Origin: Nanobdellota archaeon
GTDB taxonomy: Archaea > Nanobdellota > Nanobdellia > Parvarchaeales > Parvarchaeaceae
Reading direction: 5' to 3'
Assembly: GCA_021811735.1 (NCBI GenBank)
Contig: JAJZNK010000025.1
Coordinates: forward strand, 4,718-68,717
DNA length: 64,000 bases
In this document: piece after piece, positions 52,391 to 61,396 of the stretch
How positions within the stretch are numbered: the first letter of the stretch is position 1
Layout of the letters: the number at the start of each line of letters is the position of its first letter
Notes under the pieces: generated by a model
Databases searched by the model: none
Seen by the model: the letters and a program-made list of their open reading frames with translations, nothing else
Told to the model about the DNA's origin: nothing
Position numbers and translations under genes: made by a program

Positions 52391-54271
52391 CTATATCCTT
52401 TCCAAAGGAATCAAACCAAGAAGGTCCATCCCATTTTTTAAAACTTCTTTCACGGCCTTAACAAGACTTATCCTAAAGTCTCTTTTTCTTTCATCTGCGT
52501 TGAGTACTGACAAGCTTTCATAAAAAGAATTGAACTCGAAGCATAATGAGGAGATATAAGTTGACAGTGTGGTGAGGTAAAGGTTGTTTACAGAGTCAAA
52601 CACGGCGGTCGGGAACTTGGTAAGCATCCTTATGATCCTTTTTTCTTTTGCCTCAAGATCCGTCGCATTTATGTTGTTTTCGCGCAACTGTGCCTTGTTA
52701 AGTATGCTGGATGCTCTAGCATAAGTGTATATTATGTAGATGGCATTTCTCGCCTCAAGTTTCAATGCGTCGTCCACATCAAACACAGTTATTCTACTTG
52801 GGTCAGTTTTTACTAGCTCGTATCTAAACGTGGATACTGCTATGCTTTCAGCCACTTTTTTGCATTCTTCATCGTTCATATCTGGGTTTTTATTTTTTGT
52901 CTCTTCATAGACTTTTGTGTATAGCATATCAAGGAACGTGTCCACGTTTACAACGATGCCTTTTCTGCCACTCATATTGAACGTTCTTTCGTCTTCTTCC
53001 ATCTGCACGTTCATTCTTTTTGCAGTGTTCTGCGATAAAGAGACTATTTCATAGGCGTAGTGGATGTAGTTTACCTGCTTATCTCCCGCCATCTTATCAA
53101 CGGCTTGCTTTACGACTTCCTGTTCATCAGACTGCCTTTTATCCACAAGTGTTATCGACGTTTTTATATCATTGAATTTAGGGTGAGCAATATCTATGTT
53201 TTCATCAGTACTTTCCCACAATGTCTGCCCGTTTGCCTGCGTTTGTAGTTTTTTGTACCTGAAATCTGCATTTAGAAGTCCATGTTTCCACATTGCATAT
53301 GCTATATCCTTTCCAGCGTATACTACGGTACCATCCGATCTCACCAATATCTTCTCATATATCCTTTTTCTCGCATCCTCCATTGGAAAGACCCAGCATC
53401 CGGCTTTATCTCCTTCCTCGGAATATCTTATGAGATTTCTGTCCTTTAGCTGTTTGAATGCAGTTTCCCAGAACTTATACGACAGTATGTGAGATTCATG
53501 ATTGAATAGATCATAATATATCTTTAACCTATCAAATGTCTCCATTTGAGAACTGAGGACCTTCGAAACCAATTGCATTGCGAATTTCGCAATCTCGTTG
53601 TTACCCTCCTCTATACTTTTTAGTACTAATCTTCTCTTTTCCAGAAGGGAAGGGTCGTTTTCATACGCTTTTGTAGTGTTTACATATACTTCGTTTCCCA
53701 GATAGATGTCCAGTTTCACGCCATCTTTCTGTTCAGGCATATTTAGGAATTTTATGCCGACGATATCGTCTGCGACTTGTGCACCGGTGTCATCAACGTA
53801 ATTTGCGACTATCGTCTTATAGTTTACGAATCTTAGAAGTCTTCCAAGGGAATCGCCTATGCAGGCGTTCTTTGCATGACCTATATGTAAGGCCTTGTTA
53901 GGGTTTACGGAAGTATGCTCAAGGAATATCTTTTCTTCGTTTCCAACGTTTATCTTGCCGTATGAGTCGTTGATTGACGAAAGTACTGTTGCTGAAATTT
54001 TGTCATAATCATATGAGATATTAAGATATGGTCCGTAAACATCCATCTTTTTTATGAACCACGTTCCGCCAAGCTTCTCTTTTATGTATTCTGATGTCTC
54101 CTTCGGGTCTTTCCACAATTTTTTCGACAGGATAAACGATTCTATTGCTATATCTCCAAGGTCTTCTCTCGGAGTGTCCTTTACGGATTTTTTTACATCA
54201 TCAGAAGACAATCCAAGCCTTTTTCCGAATTCGTCCAGCATCGACAGCTCGCCGAAATCAAGTTTATCCAT
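52391..54271 (-). CDS. argS: arginyl-tRNA synthetase
   Basis: EHTSVNPNKALHIGHAKNACIGDSL (HIGH region) and a class I ArgRS-like layout with a C-terminal anticodon-binding helical domain. 626 aa. Confidence 0.9.
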   Translation of the reverse strand: MDKLDFGELSMLDEFGKRLGLSSDDVKKSVKDTPREDLGDIAIESFILSKKLWKDPKETSEYIKEKLGGTWFIKKMDVYGPYLNISYDYDKISATVLSSINDSYGKINVGNEEKIFLEHTSVNPNKALHIGHAKNACIGDSLGRLLRFVNYKTIVANYVDDTGAQVADDIVGIKFLNMPEQKDGVKLDIYLGNEVYVNTTKAYENDPSLLEKRRLVLKSIEEGNNEIAKFAMQLVSKVLSSQMETFDRLKIYYDLFNHESHILSYKFWETAFKQLKDRNLIRYSEEGDKAGCWVFPMEDARKRIYEKILVRSDGTVVYAGKDIAYAMWKHGLLNADFRYKKLQTQANGQTLWESTDENIDIAHPKFNDIKTSITLVDKRQSDEQEVVKQAVDKMAGDKQVNYIHYAYEIVSLSQNTAKRMNVQMEEDERTFNMSGRKGIVVNVDTFLDMLYTKVYEETKNKNPDMNDEECKKVAESIAVSTFRYELVKTDPSRITVFDVDDALKLEARNAIYIIYTYARASSILNKAQLRENNINATDLEAKEKRIIRMLTKFPTAVFDSVNNLYLTTLSTYISSLCFEFNSFYESLSVLNADERKRDFRISLVKAVKEVLKNGMDLLGLIPLERI

Positions 54272-54326
54272 ATCCTTCTTATGAACGTAGTAAATTTATA
54301 CTATAGCTATATGTTTCGCAGACTTT

Positions 54327-55178
54327 TCAACCTACTGCTATAATCACACCGCTTATTATTACTGTCAACAAGCCAATAACCTGGGTGGAAGAAAATCTCT
54401 CTTTTAGCAGGACAAAAGCGAGCAGTATTATTATCACTAGAGAAAATGCATTGAAAATGCTTCCAACTGCTAGAAAACCAAAAATCACTAGCATGGCAAA
54501 TGTAATGTTTCCCGCACCAGCTATTATCCCACCAACCAGTAACTCCCAGTTAAGACTACGGTCTTTTTGTGCAGGTACTAGACGTCTAGATTTCCGATCC
54601 AACAGGAAGAACGGCAAGACTATTATACTGCCCACTCCTCGGCCAACAAATAGTATGGGGATAAGGCCACCGTAGTTGCTTATTGCATAGCCAACAACTA
54701 ACCAGTATACGGCCCAGGAGATGTTGCCGGCTACGGCTGGGAGATACGCTTTATCAAAGCCAGAGTGTCGTGTGGTGGTTACAAGAAACACTCCAATAGT
54801 ACCGGTTACAAATCCAGCGGTCTCTATCAAGTTTATATTTTCCTTAAGAAGCAAAACCCCACCCACGGCGATGACCAATGCCTGTAATATGTTTATGCTG
54901 TAAGTATTAGAAGCCTGTCTTTTCTGGAGCGAGACATAAAACAATATATATCCTAATGCGATAGGAATTCCAGAAATGGCACCCAATATCACCGTGTAAA
55001 AATTAAATTGGTTCAGGAAAAAGAACGCTGCTAAGAGCGCAGGTAATTCACCGCCTATTAAAACAATAAAAGCAGATTTTATATTTCCAAATCTCGATGT
55101 TGGATTCTTGATCATAAATCCAGATATCCCGAAAAGCAACATAGTAGCTAATCCGAACAATATTCCGTACTCTATCAT
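54327..55178 (-). CDS. EamA/DMT-family transporter
   Basis: 283 aa, about 10 TM helices in two similar halves. Confidence 0.75.
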   Translation of the reverse strand: MIEYGILFGLATMLLFGISGFMIKNPTSRFGNIKSAFIVLIGGELPALLAAFFFLNQFNFYTVILGAISGIPIALGYILFYVSLQKRQASNTYSINILQALVIAVGGVLLLKENINLIETAGFVTGTIGVFLVTTTRHSGFDKAYLPAVAGNISWAVYWLVVGYAISNYGGLIPILFVGRGVGSIIVLPFFLLDRKSRRLVPAQKDRSLNWELLVGGIIAGAGNITFAMLVIFGFLAVGSIFNAFSLVIIILLAFVLLKERFSSTQVIGLLTVIISGVIIAVG

Positions 55179-55516
55179 AAAAGCTTCCAGTCAGCATGCC
55201 GCTGGCTTCTTATAAATTTTATAACTTTATAATGTAAATATACTTTGCATTTTGTAAGTCTCTCTTTTATTAACTCGGGCAATGGTGAAGGGAATACTTT
55301 TCATAGTTTAAATTCACAAGATAGACACTTTTGACTTCGTTCTTCAGTCTACAGCATCAACAAAATTTACATTTAAATGTCTTTATTATAAAAAGTAAAT
55401 GTCTCCATAGGGAAAACAGGTACAAGAAATCAACGTAGGTAAAGACAAATATGCAAGTCTTTCTATGGGAGCTTTCATAATTTAGCTATCCCATAAATTG
55501 GTCTGTATGGGCATCC

Positions 55517-56236
55517 TTACTCTAAAGGCAGTATGCTGAGTACCCTCTCAGCATTTTTATACAGAATATTTTCCATAGCCTCACTAGTTATTCTTGCCCG
55601 TTTGATTTTCATGAGTTCTATCTCTTGGTCCGAATACGGAAAATCCGATCCAAAAAGTATTTTTTCAGAGCCTATCTGCCTTACACGCACCTCTATTATC
55701 ATAGGGGACGATACTATTGACGTTTCTACGAACGCGTTTTCATATTTACCTATCTTACTGAAAAAAATCTCGGAATCATTGGCGAAGTGTCCAAATACGA
55801 ACTTTATGTTTGGATACGAACCAGCCAGCTCAAGTAGTTTATCCGGATCTGTATTTGGATTGTTCTCCTTTCTGGTGTGTATTATCACTGGTTTTCCTAT
55901 CTTGTTTATAGCACATAGAAAAGGTTCGGCAACAGCACCAAGTGGATTGAAGTTCTCTGCGCGCGGGTGCATTTTAAATCCAGAGAATTTCGTAGATATC
56001 TTTGCGAATTCTTCCTGCGACATATTATTTGGGTCCAGCCTCAAGAAGGGAAAGAACTTTCCGTCTTTGCGTCCTAAATTTTCGTTGTTCATTGCGGCCA
56101 AGTCTCTATATGATTGCTGCTTCATGGGAAAGATGACTGCCTTTTCAACGTCGTTTAATCTCATCATTCTGCTTATGTCTTCAATTGAGAATTTTTCTAC
56201 ATTGTTCCTAGTATGAAGATGAAAGTCGATTATCAT
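55517..56236 (-). CDS. metal-dependent amidohydrolase (TIM-barrel, amidohydrolase_2-like)
   Basis: MIIDFHLHT at the N-terminus. IIHTR, FGHF and LFGSDFPY motifs. Confidence 0.7.
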   Translation of the reverse strand: MIIDFHLHTRNNVEKFSIEDISRMMRLNDVEKAVIFPMKQQSYRDLAAMNNENLGRKDGKFFPFLRLDPNNMSQEEFAKISTKFSGFKMHPRAENFNPLGAVAEPFLCAINKIGKPVIIHTRKENNPNTDPDKLLELAGSYPNIKFVFGHFANDSEIFFSKIGKYENAFVETSIVSSPMIIEVRVRQIGSEKILFGSDFPYSDQEIELMKIKRARITSEAMENILYKNAERVLSILPLE

Positions 56237-56271
56237 ATTTTATCACCTCGGGACCAAAATGGTCCTATATG

Positions 56272-56922
56272 TCACCAAAGACACCCTCCATTATATTTTG
56301 TATGAACAGGTAATGACAGGCTGAATTTCACAAGAAAGGCATCTCCTTTATTGTAGTCCAAGGCAGAATAGACTTTGTCTAGACGTTTGTCTCCAGATTT
56401 TGGCACAGCGTTTGTCAATAACCTCCCATATACAGCCGGTTTATATTCGCGGTTGATGTTGTATCCTTGGATTTTCTCTTCCGTCATCATATTCTCCAGC
56501 ACGTTTCTTATAGTCTTCTCAACTACAGGATTTTGAGTTCTGGTTTCGAAATTTTTTCCTGATGAAATCACAGTCTCAATCCTAAGCCTCGTAAATTTTG
56601 TATATAGCCCATTCCTTCTCTCAGTCGGGTCCACCACCGCTGCCGAAAGATAGAATGAACCGTCGTTTTCTTCAACAAGACCTGCGAAACCGACTGGTTT
56701 ATTGCCATTGTATGCAACAAATAACGTACTGGCATCCAGAGCACGTTCCTTGACTTCATCACGGGTCATTCCACTACCAAAGGATCTTACACCAAGATTG
56801 CACAGGTTGTAAAGAAGTTTGTCACCCATTTCTTCGTATCCATTATACGATAAGATTTTATAAAGGGTTTTACTGTTTGTTTTTCTGCCACCGACATGAT
56901 ACTGTATTGCCTTTATTGGCAC
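56272..56922 (-). CDS. GNAT-like acyltransferase-fold protein
   Basis: PVGFAGLVEENDGSFYLSAAVVDPTERRNGLYTKFTRLRIE resembles the GNAT beta4-alpha3 region. GTG start; see the finding on an out-of-frame SD plus ATG at 56962. Confidence 0.45.
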   Translation of the reverse strand: MPIKAIQYHVGGRKTNSKTLYKILSYNGYEEMGDKLLYNLCNLGVRSFGSGMTRDEVKERALDASTLFVAYNGNKPVGFAGLVEENDGSFYLSAAVVDPTERRNGLYTKFTRLRIETVISSGKNFETRTQNPVVEKTIRNVLENMMTEEKIQGYNINREYKPAVYGRLLTNAVPKSGDKRLDKVYSALDYNKGDAFLVKFSLSLPVHTKYNGGCLW

Positions 56923-57090
56923 TGCGTGAGTTGCCGTATATTTTACTTCCTTCGTTTTTCATATTTTTACCTCCCTATTCTTTGTTAAAAAACCATATAC
57001 CGAAGTATACAGATAAAACGTGCGTTCTGAGGTGCAGGTAGGTGACCCTAGGTTATGGAGTAAAATTATAGAAGAATCGTGATAGCTGTC

Positions 57091-57639
57091 CCTAAATCCT
57101 AGCCTTGCAAAATCCTTGCCAGAGACATATTACTCTATCCATTTTAGATATATGGAGATAACTAGTATTAAAACTTTTTTCCTGTTCATAGGCGTGTGCA
57201 TAATTCCTTATTCTAGGGATACCTAGAATACTAAAGGAGATATGAAAATAGCGTCCATTTGCGCTGAAGTCAAGGTAGAAAGAAGTAGAGGCTGCCCTGA
57301 CAACACCGAGGTACGGCATGGTAAAGGACAACCGCCTACAAAAACATGAGGCAGTGATATATAATATAGTTAACTGGAAGAGAAATGAAAGCTCTGCTCT
57401 CGTTAAAACGAATAAATTCAAGTTCGGAAGACCCTTTGATTACTCAGATGAGCTTATCCTTAGGATAAGCTTCTTGCGATTCGCCTTCTGTGACAAGCTG
57501 ATACAAACGGAAGCCTTGATGAGGAGTCTGTATGGAAGCTCTCCAGACCATACGACGATAAGCATCCTGTTCATTCAGATTTAGCTTCCTCCGAAAACAG
57601 AAGCCCCGGTGCCCCGGCAAGGATTAACTGATTTTAGGA
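57091..57639 (+). mobile_element. decayed IS remnant carrying an IS4/IS5-type transposase N-terminal fragment
   Basis: ORF 57318-57584 contains ..FGRPFDYSDELILRISFLRFAFCDKLIQTEALMRSL....PDHTTIS, like the GRP..YSD...R.TE....PD.TT transposase N-termini. Imperfect terminal inverted repeats: CCTAAATCC...AATCCTTGCC (57091-57120) versus GGCAAGGATT...GATTTTAGG (57617-57639). Confidence 0.5.
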
Positions 57640-57689
57640 TCCTTGCCAGTCTAATCCGGATTCCTAAAATCCATACGGCGTTCGGGTCT

Positions 57690-58742
57690 TCATAGCATAT
57701 CTCTGACCCTGGCGTCCGTCAGTATCTTCAGGTATTTCTCCTTCGCAGTTAGAATCTCTCTCTTCGAGACCTTTTCCTTGTTCGTGTGCGCCACTGAGTA
57801 GTTTCCAGGACCGAGCACGACCGCTTTCGCCTTCTTCCCCCAGAAATACATCTCAGTGAAGTAAGGCATCACAGCAGTCCTGACCCCAAGTATCTCCGGC
57901 AGGCATCCGGCATCGGATACGGACGGCTGGAAATCAAGATCCTTTACTATGCCGCCGCCCAACACTGCCGACACGGTTTTAAAGATTGCAGAGTTGTCCG
58001 ATACCGTTCTTATGTCTATTACCGCTTTGGCTTCGTCCGCAACAACGTTTGGCGCTGTCCCGCCGCTTATGGTTCCTATGTTCATGGTCTGCCCCCAGTC
58101 TTCATCCTTGCCGGTCGGTTTCAGGGACAGGAGCTTGTTGAGGGAGCGTGTTAGCAGCTCGATGGCTGATACGCCCCTGCTTGGCATCGACGCTGGCGCA
58201 GATTTTCCCTTCTTCGTTATCGACAGTTGCAGAAGACCTTTCTGTCTCGTAACAAGGTTTAGCGACGACGGCTCGCCGAGTACCACTAGTTTCGGATTCA
58301 ACGTGCTGACAGCATTCATGACGCCGTCGAACGAATCCTCTTCACCAACGTCAAACACCAGTCCGAAATTGCTGGCTCCGTACGTTACAGCGTCTTCGGC
58401 GGCCAGGATCATCGCTGCGATAGCCCCCTTGGCGTCGCACGAGCCTCTCCCGTAGATGAATTCTTTGTTCTCACATATCTTCAGCGTTCCCGGGACAGTA
58501 TCCATGTGTGCGGTCAGAATTATTTCCGGTTCTCCCCTGAGCGCGATTACGTTGTAACGGTCACCTACCTTCTGCAGTCTAACATCGAAATTCTTCCGTA
58601 GCCTCGGTGCTATCAACTCCGCTACGCCGTTCTCCCTGCCGGATGGAGAAGATACTTCCACGAGCTTCTTTGTCAGCGCTGTAATCTCCCTTGTCTTGAG
58701 GGGGGCGGTTTTACCCACCCCCATATCTGTTTCCATGGTCAT
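57690..58742 (-). CDS. M20-family metallopeptidase / deacylase (ArgE/DapE/LysK-like)
   Basis: ILTAHMDTVPG, GRGSCDAKGAIAAMILA and VFDVGEEDS motifs. 350 aa. Visibly GC-richer than its surroundings. Confidence 0.8.
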   Translation of the reverse strand: MTMETDMGVGKTAPLKTREITALTKKLVEVSSPSGRENGVAELIAPRLRKNFDVRLQKVGDRYNVIALRGEPEIILTAHMDTVPGTLKICENKEFIYGRGSCDAKGAIAAMILAAEDAVTYGASNFGLVFDVGEEDSFDGVMNAVSTLNPKLVVLGEPSSLNLVTRQKGLLQLSITKKGKSAPASMPSRGVSAIELLTRSLNKLLSLKPTGKDEDWGQTMNIGTISGGTAPNVVADEAKAVIDIRTVSDNSAIFKTVSAVLGGGIVKDLDFQPSVSDAGCLPEILGVRTAVMPYFTEMYFWGKKAKAVVLGPGNYSVAHTNKEKVSKREILTAKEKYLKILTDARVRDML

Positions 58743-59395
58743 CGGCTGTACCTGACAAGCTGTTTTGCCATGTAGATCCTGGACGGAAATTCAGGATCCG
58801 TCAATTCTTTCCCGTTTTCTTCCATCCTGCGGAACCCTAGCTTTTCGTATACGGCTATCGCAGGCTTGTTCTTCTCATCGGTTCGCAACACCGCGTATCC
58901 CATTCCAGCGGTCCTGGCTTCCGACAGGAGCACTGACTCCAGAATTGTCGCTATACCGCTGTTCCTAGAAGAGGGGGCCGTTGCGACTTCATCAACGTAC
59001 ATCACGCGATCTCCCTCTGAGAATATATCGCTCTCTTCAAGAAAGTCGAACTTATCCCGGTCCATCCTGTAGCCCCACGTGAATCCTGCGAGCTTGCCGT
59101 TTGCCTCCGCCACGAGTACCCTTTTCCAGTCCCTAGAAAAGGCGTACGCTATGTCCTCTGAAACGTCTTTGCGGCTCCAGTAATCCTCCGTTTCGAGCCG
59201 GCTGTTGCATTTTTTGCAGTTCACTCCCGCAGATTCCGACTCTGCTGTACCGTAGTTAACGCCGCAGAGCTTGCATTTTTTGTACTCATTCCACGGCCAT
59301 TCCGCGAATGCTCCTTTATACGTCAGGTAGACATCCTCAAAATCCCTGTTTTCGTAGCTTCTTACCCTTATATCAATTTTATTTTCTGATATGAA
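58739..59395 (-). CDS. GNAT N-acetyltransferase with inserted zinc ribbon; no canonical start codon for the full-length frame
   Basis: The frame is open from 59395: FISENKIDIRVRSYENRDFEDVYLTYKGAFAEWPWNEYKKCKLCGVNYGTAESESAGVNCKKCNSRLE... The GNAT core follows (VDEVATAPSSRNSGIATIL; AVYEKLGFR). The first ATG/GTG/TTG in frame is GTG 59224, the track's start. Confidence 0.6.
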   Translation of the reverse strand, partial: FISENKIDIRVRSYENRDFEDVYLTYKGAFAEWPWNEYKKCKLCGVNYGTAESESAGVNCKKCNSRLETEDYWSRKDVSEDIAYAFSRDWKRVLVAEANGKLAGFTWGYRMDRDKFDFLEESDIFSEGDRVMYVDEVATAPSSRNSGIATILESVLLSEARTAGMGYAVLRTDEKNKPAIAVYEKLGFRRMEENGKELTDPEFPSRIYMAKQLVRYSR

Positions 59396-59774
59396 CTAAA
59401 TCGCTCTTGTTTCCCAGCATCCGCTCCAGGCCTCTTTGCCCGTTATACTTTTTCCCTGCTTTAATTTCCTTTTCCATTTTGTACCTCCTGTCTTTTGTAT
59501 TCCGGGAACCCGGAAAGAACGGGACTGGAAGGAATATACTCTTCAGAATAGCTGCGAGTACAGCGTGAAAATACTTTGAGAAAACCGAATAACGACTTGC
59601 TATCTCTACTTACGCTTATGAACCAAAGCGGCTGTCATCGGGCCGCTTACCTCGGATATCATCGTTTTCATGTATAGCTAAGATTTCTTTGACTATTTAA
59701 GCTTTCTAAAAACGTACAATCAGTTGATGTGAGAATCAATAGATAGGCAGACCTGCCAAAGATTCTATAATATT

Positions 59775-60230
59775 ATGGATGAGATCGAGCTTACAAAGAG
59801 ACTGATTGGCATAAACTTCGAAAATCCCCCCTGCGATGAAGAAAAAGCAGCAAAATTCATTGCAAGTGTACTTTCTAGGATTGGCATAAAAAGCGAAATC
59901 GTAGAAATCGATAAAAAAAGATTCAACGTAATAGCTGAGATAGGGAAAGGCGATGGATTAATCCTCAGCAGTCATATGGATACCGTGCCGATCGGAAACG
60001 CCGATTCTTGGAAACACGGCCCTTTATCCGGAGAGGTTAGCAACGGTAAAATATACGGCAGAGGTGCAGTCGACACAAAGGGAGGTCTGGCAGTCCAATT
60101 AACGTTATTATCGACTTTTATGATTAGGTCTTCTACGTCTTTTCTCTCAGCTTTATCAAAGCATACTCCGCTTAGTTTGTGTAATGTCTTAAGCCACGTT
60201 ATGTACTTTAGGATCCTTCCTATAGAATAA
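59775..60230 (+). pseudogene. truncated M20-family peptidase (N-terminal about 112-117 codons only) fused to unrelated sequence
   Basis: LILSSHMDTVPIGNADSWKHGPLSGEVSNGKIYGRGAVDTKGGLAVQL matches the M20 N-terminal third. Homology ends near 60110-60125 and the frame stops at 60230. Confidence 0.6.
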
Positions 60231-60285
60231 TTGTTAAGCTGTAGTTTTATTCCTCCGTTTGTAGTTTTATTCAGGAAAATAGGCT

Positions 60286-60546
60286 CTATACCAGCTCTAA
60301 CATCGACTGTATCAAGACCACGATATTATGGCAAAGCACCTTTAGAAGCACCTCGTTTACCTGCGCCGTCTTGTCCTTGCTTCTCACGAGGTCGGTAAAT
60401 TTGGCCTTTATCATAAAGTTCGTTGTCTCGATATTCGACCTTAGGTGGTAATGCTCCAAAAACTCCTCTCTCTGATAGACAAAGTAATTGAACATCTTGC
60501 GCCAAACCCACGATAGGCTCAGGAAACACTTTAATCTTGGAAGCTC
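60286..60546 (-). mobile_element. C-terminal fragment of a DDE (IS4/IS5-type) transposase
   Basis: ..FNYFVYQREEFLEHYHLRSNIETTNFMIKAKFTDLVRSKDKTAQVNEVLLKVLCHNIVVL matches the Y..R..iE..f..iK...g.......NE...K...hN C-terminal pattern. An in-frame stop lies immediately upstream, and a frameshifted fragment lies at 60326-60586. Confidence 0.6.
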
Positions 60547-60632
60547 TTAAATCTATCGTGGAGGAACTGAAGGACTTAAAAAGCACTAGGAAGAACGCGA
60601 TGGACGTGTCGCTTGGGAATTGGATGTGAAAT

Positions 60633-60980
60633 GTGGAAAAACAGTATAAGAAAATTAAAGCACAAGTGATAGGAAAAGAAAAGCAGATTTGTATCTTTTG
60701 TAAAAGGGAAACCTCAATGCAAATTTTATATGTGAAGAATGTTCAGAAACTTGCTGCGATAGGTGCACCGTTAGGTATTCCTGGAATCATCGCTTCCTCT
60801 CTTATTATAAATTCTCTTTCCACCTTAAAGGGTCATGTATTCCTTCAGTGCGATGAATGTAAGCGTCCATTATTTGTGGATCGGTCTACAGAAAATCAAT
60901 TGAAAACTACTTATAATTGGAGTAATTGGTGGGGATTCAAAGGCATAAAAGAAGAAGAACTGACTTTGCAGCTGGGTTAA
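60633..60980 (+). CDS. hypothetical CxxC...CxxC protein with a central hydrophobic segment
   Basis: 115 aa, GTG start. CIFCKRE ... LAAIGAPLGIPGIIASSLII ... CDECKRP. Confidence 0.35.
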   Translation: MEKQYKKIKAQVIGKEKQICIFCKRETSMQILYVKNVQKLAAIGAPLGIPGIIASSLIINSLSTLKGHVFLQCDECKRPLFVDRSTENQLKTTYNWSNWWGFKGIKEEELTLQLG

Positions 60981-60985
60981 TTTTT

Positions 60986-61396
60986 ATGATGGATTACAGT
61001 TTGAAACCGACATTTAAAGAGAAAGTCAAAAAACGCTTGGGAATGAAGGTCCGCACTCATTATAAGAAGATTCCGCTACTTTCTGAAGCCGAAATTCGGG
61101 AGAAATACAAGGAGAATGACTGGGGTTTTCTAGTGGCTTATGTGAAACAACATAGAAAGGAATTAGATATATCGAATAAGAAAAATCTAGTGGAGAAGAA
61201 ATTAGGAAAGAATGGTTGTTATATAACTTATAAAAACTTACCCCCCAAATCTGAAAATGATTATAAAAATTGTCCATATCATAAGGTAAAATTAATTAAT
61301 ATTAGTAGAGGTGCAGGATGGACGGGTTCTCAATTTTTTCCGCAACATTCTCGGATTTGTCCTATCTGTGGTTTTAGATTTCTTCAGTGGGGTTAA
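60986..61396 (+). CDS. hypothetical basic protein with C-terminal zinc-finger-like motif
   Basis: From ATG 60986: MMDYSLKPTFKEK... The C-terminus reads CPYHKV...HSRICPICGFRF. Confidence 0.35.
   Translation: MMDYSLKPTFKEKVKKRLGMKVRTHYKKIPLLSEAEIREKYKENDWGFLVAYVKQHRKELDISNKKNLVEKKLGKNGCYITYKNLPPKSENDYKNCPYHKVKLINISRGAGWTGSQFFPQHSRICPICGFRFLQWG

Noticed and set aside
55179-55516. 338-bp non-coding region between the EamA transporter and amidohydrolase genes as a possible ncRNA
   Set aside because: It contains only short imperfect hairpins (for example CCCATA...TATGGG) and no recognisable RNA family motifs. It is AT-rich and promoter-like, so the evidence is insufficient.
57092-57421. 109-aa minus-strand ORF inside the IS remnant
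   Set aside because: No recognisable motif. It lies antisense to or overlapping the transposase-fragment region and is probably a chance ORF in decayed DNA.
57610-57626. Possible att-like duplicate of the tRNA-Glu 3' end (tgccccg plus partial extension)
   Set aside because: Only about 13 of 16 positions match and it coincides with the IS terminal repeat. This is too short to call without a genome-wide search.
60110-60230. Minus-strand reading ..KYITWLKTLHKLSGVCFDKAERKDVEDLIIKVDNNVNW as a tyrosine-recombinase N-terminal (SAM-like) fragment
   Set aside because: The resemblance is only a loose pattern with no catalytic region. It is antisense to the tail of the truncated M20 ORF and cannot be supported without a profile search.
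60241-60272. 12-nt direct repeat gtagttttattc (x2, 20-nt period) as a possible CRISPR or other repeat array
   Set aside because: Only two copies, embedded in IS debris. No further repeats or spacers. The other non-coding stretches (29423-29692, 55179-55516, 56923-57090, 59478-59774) showed no regularly spaced repeats either.
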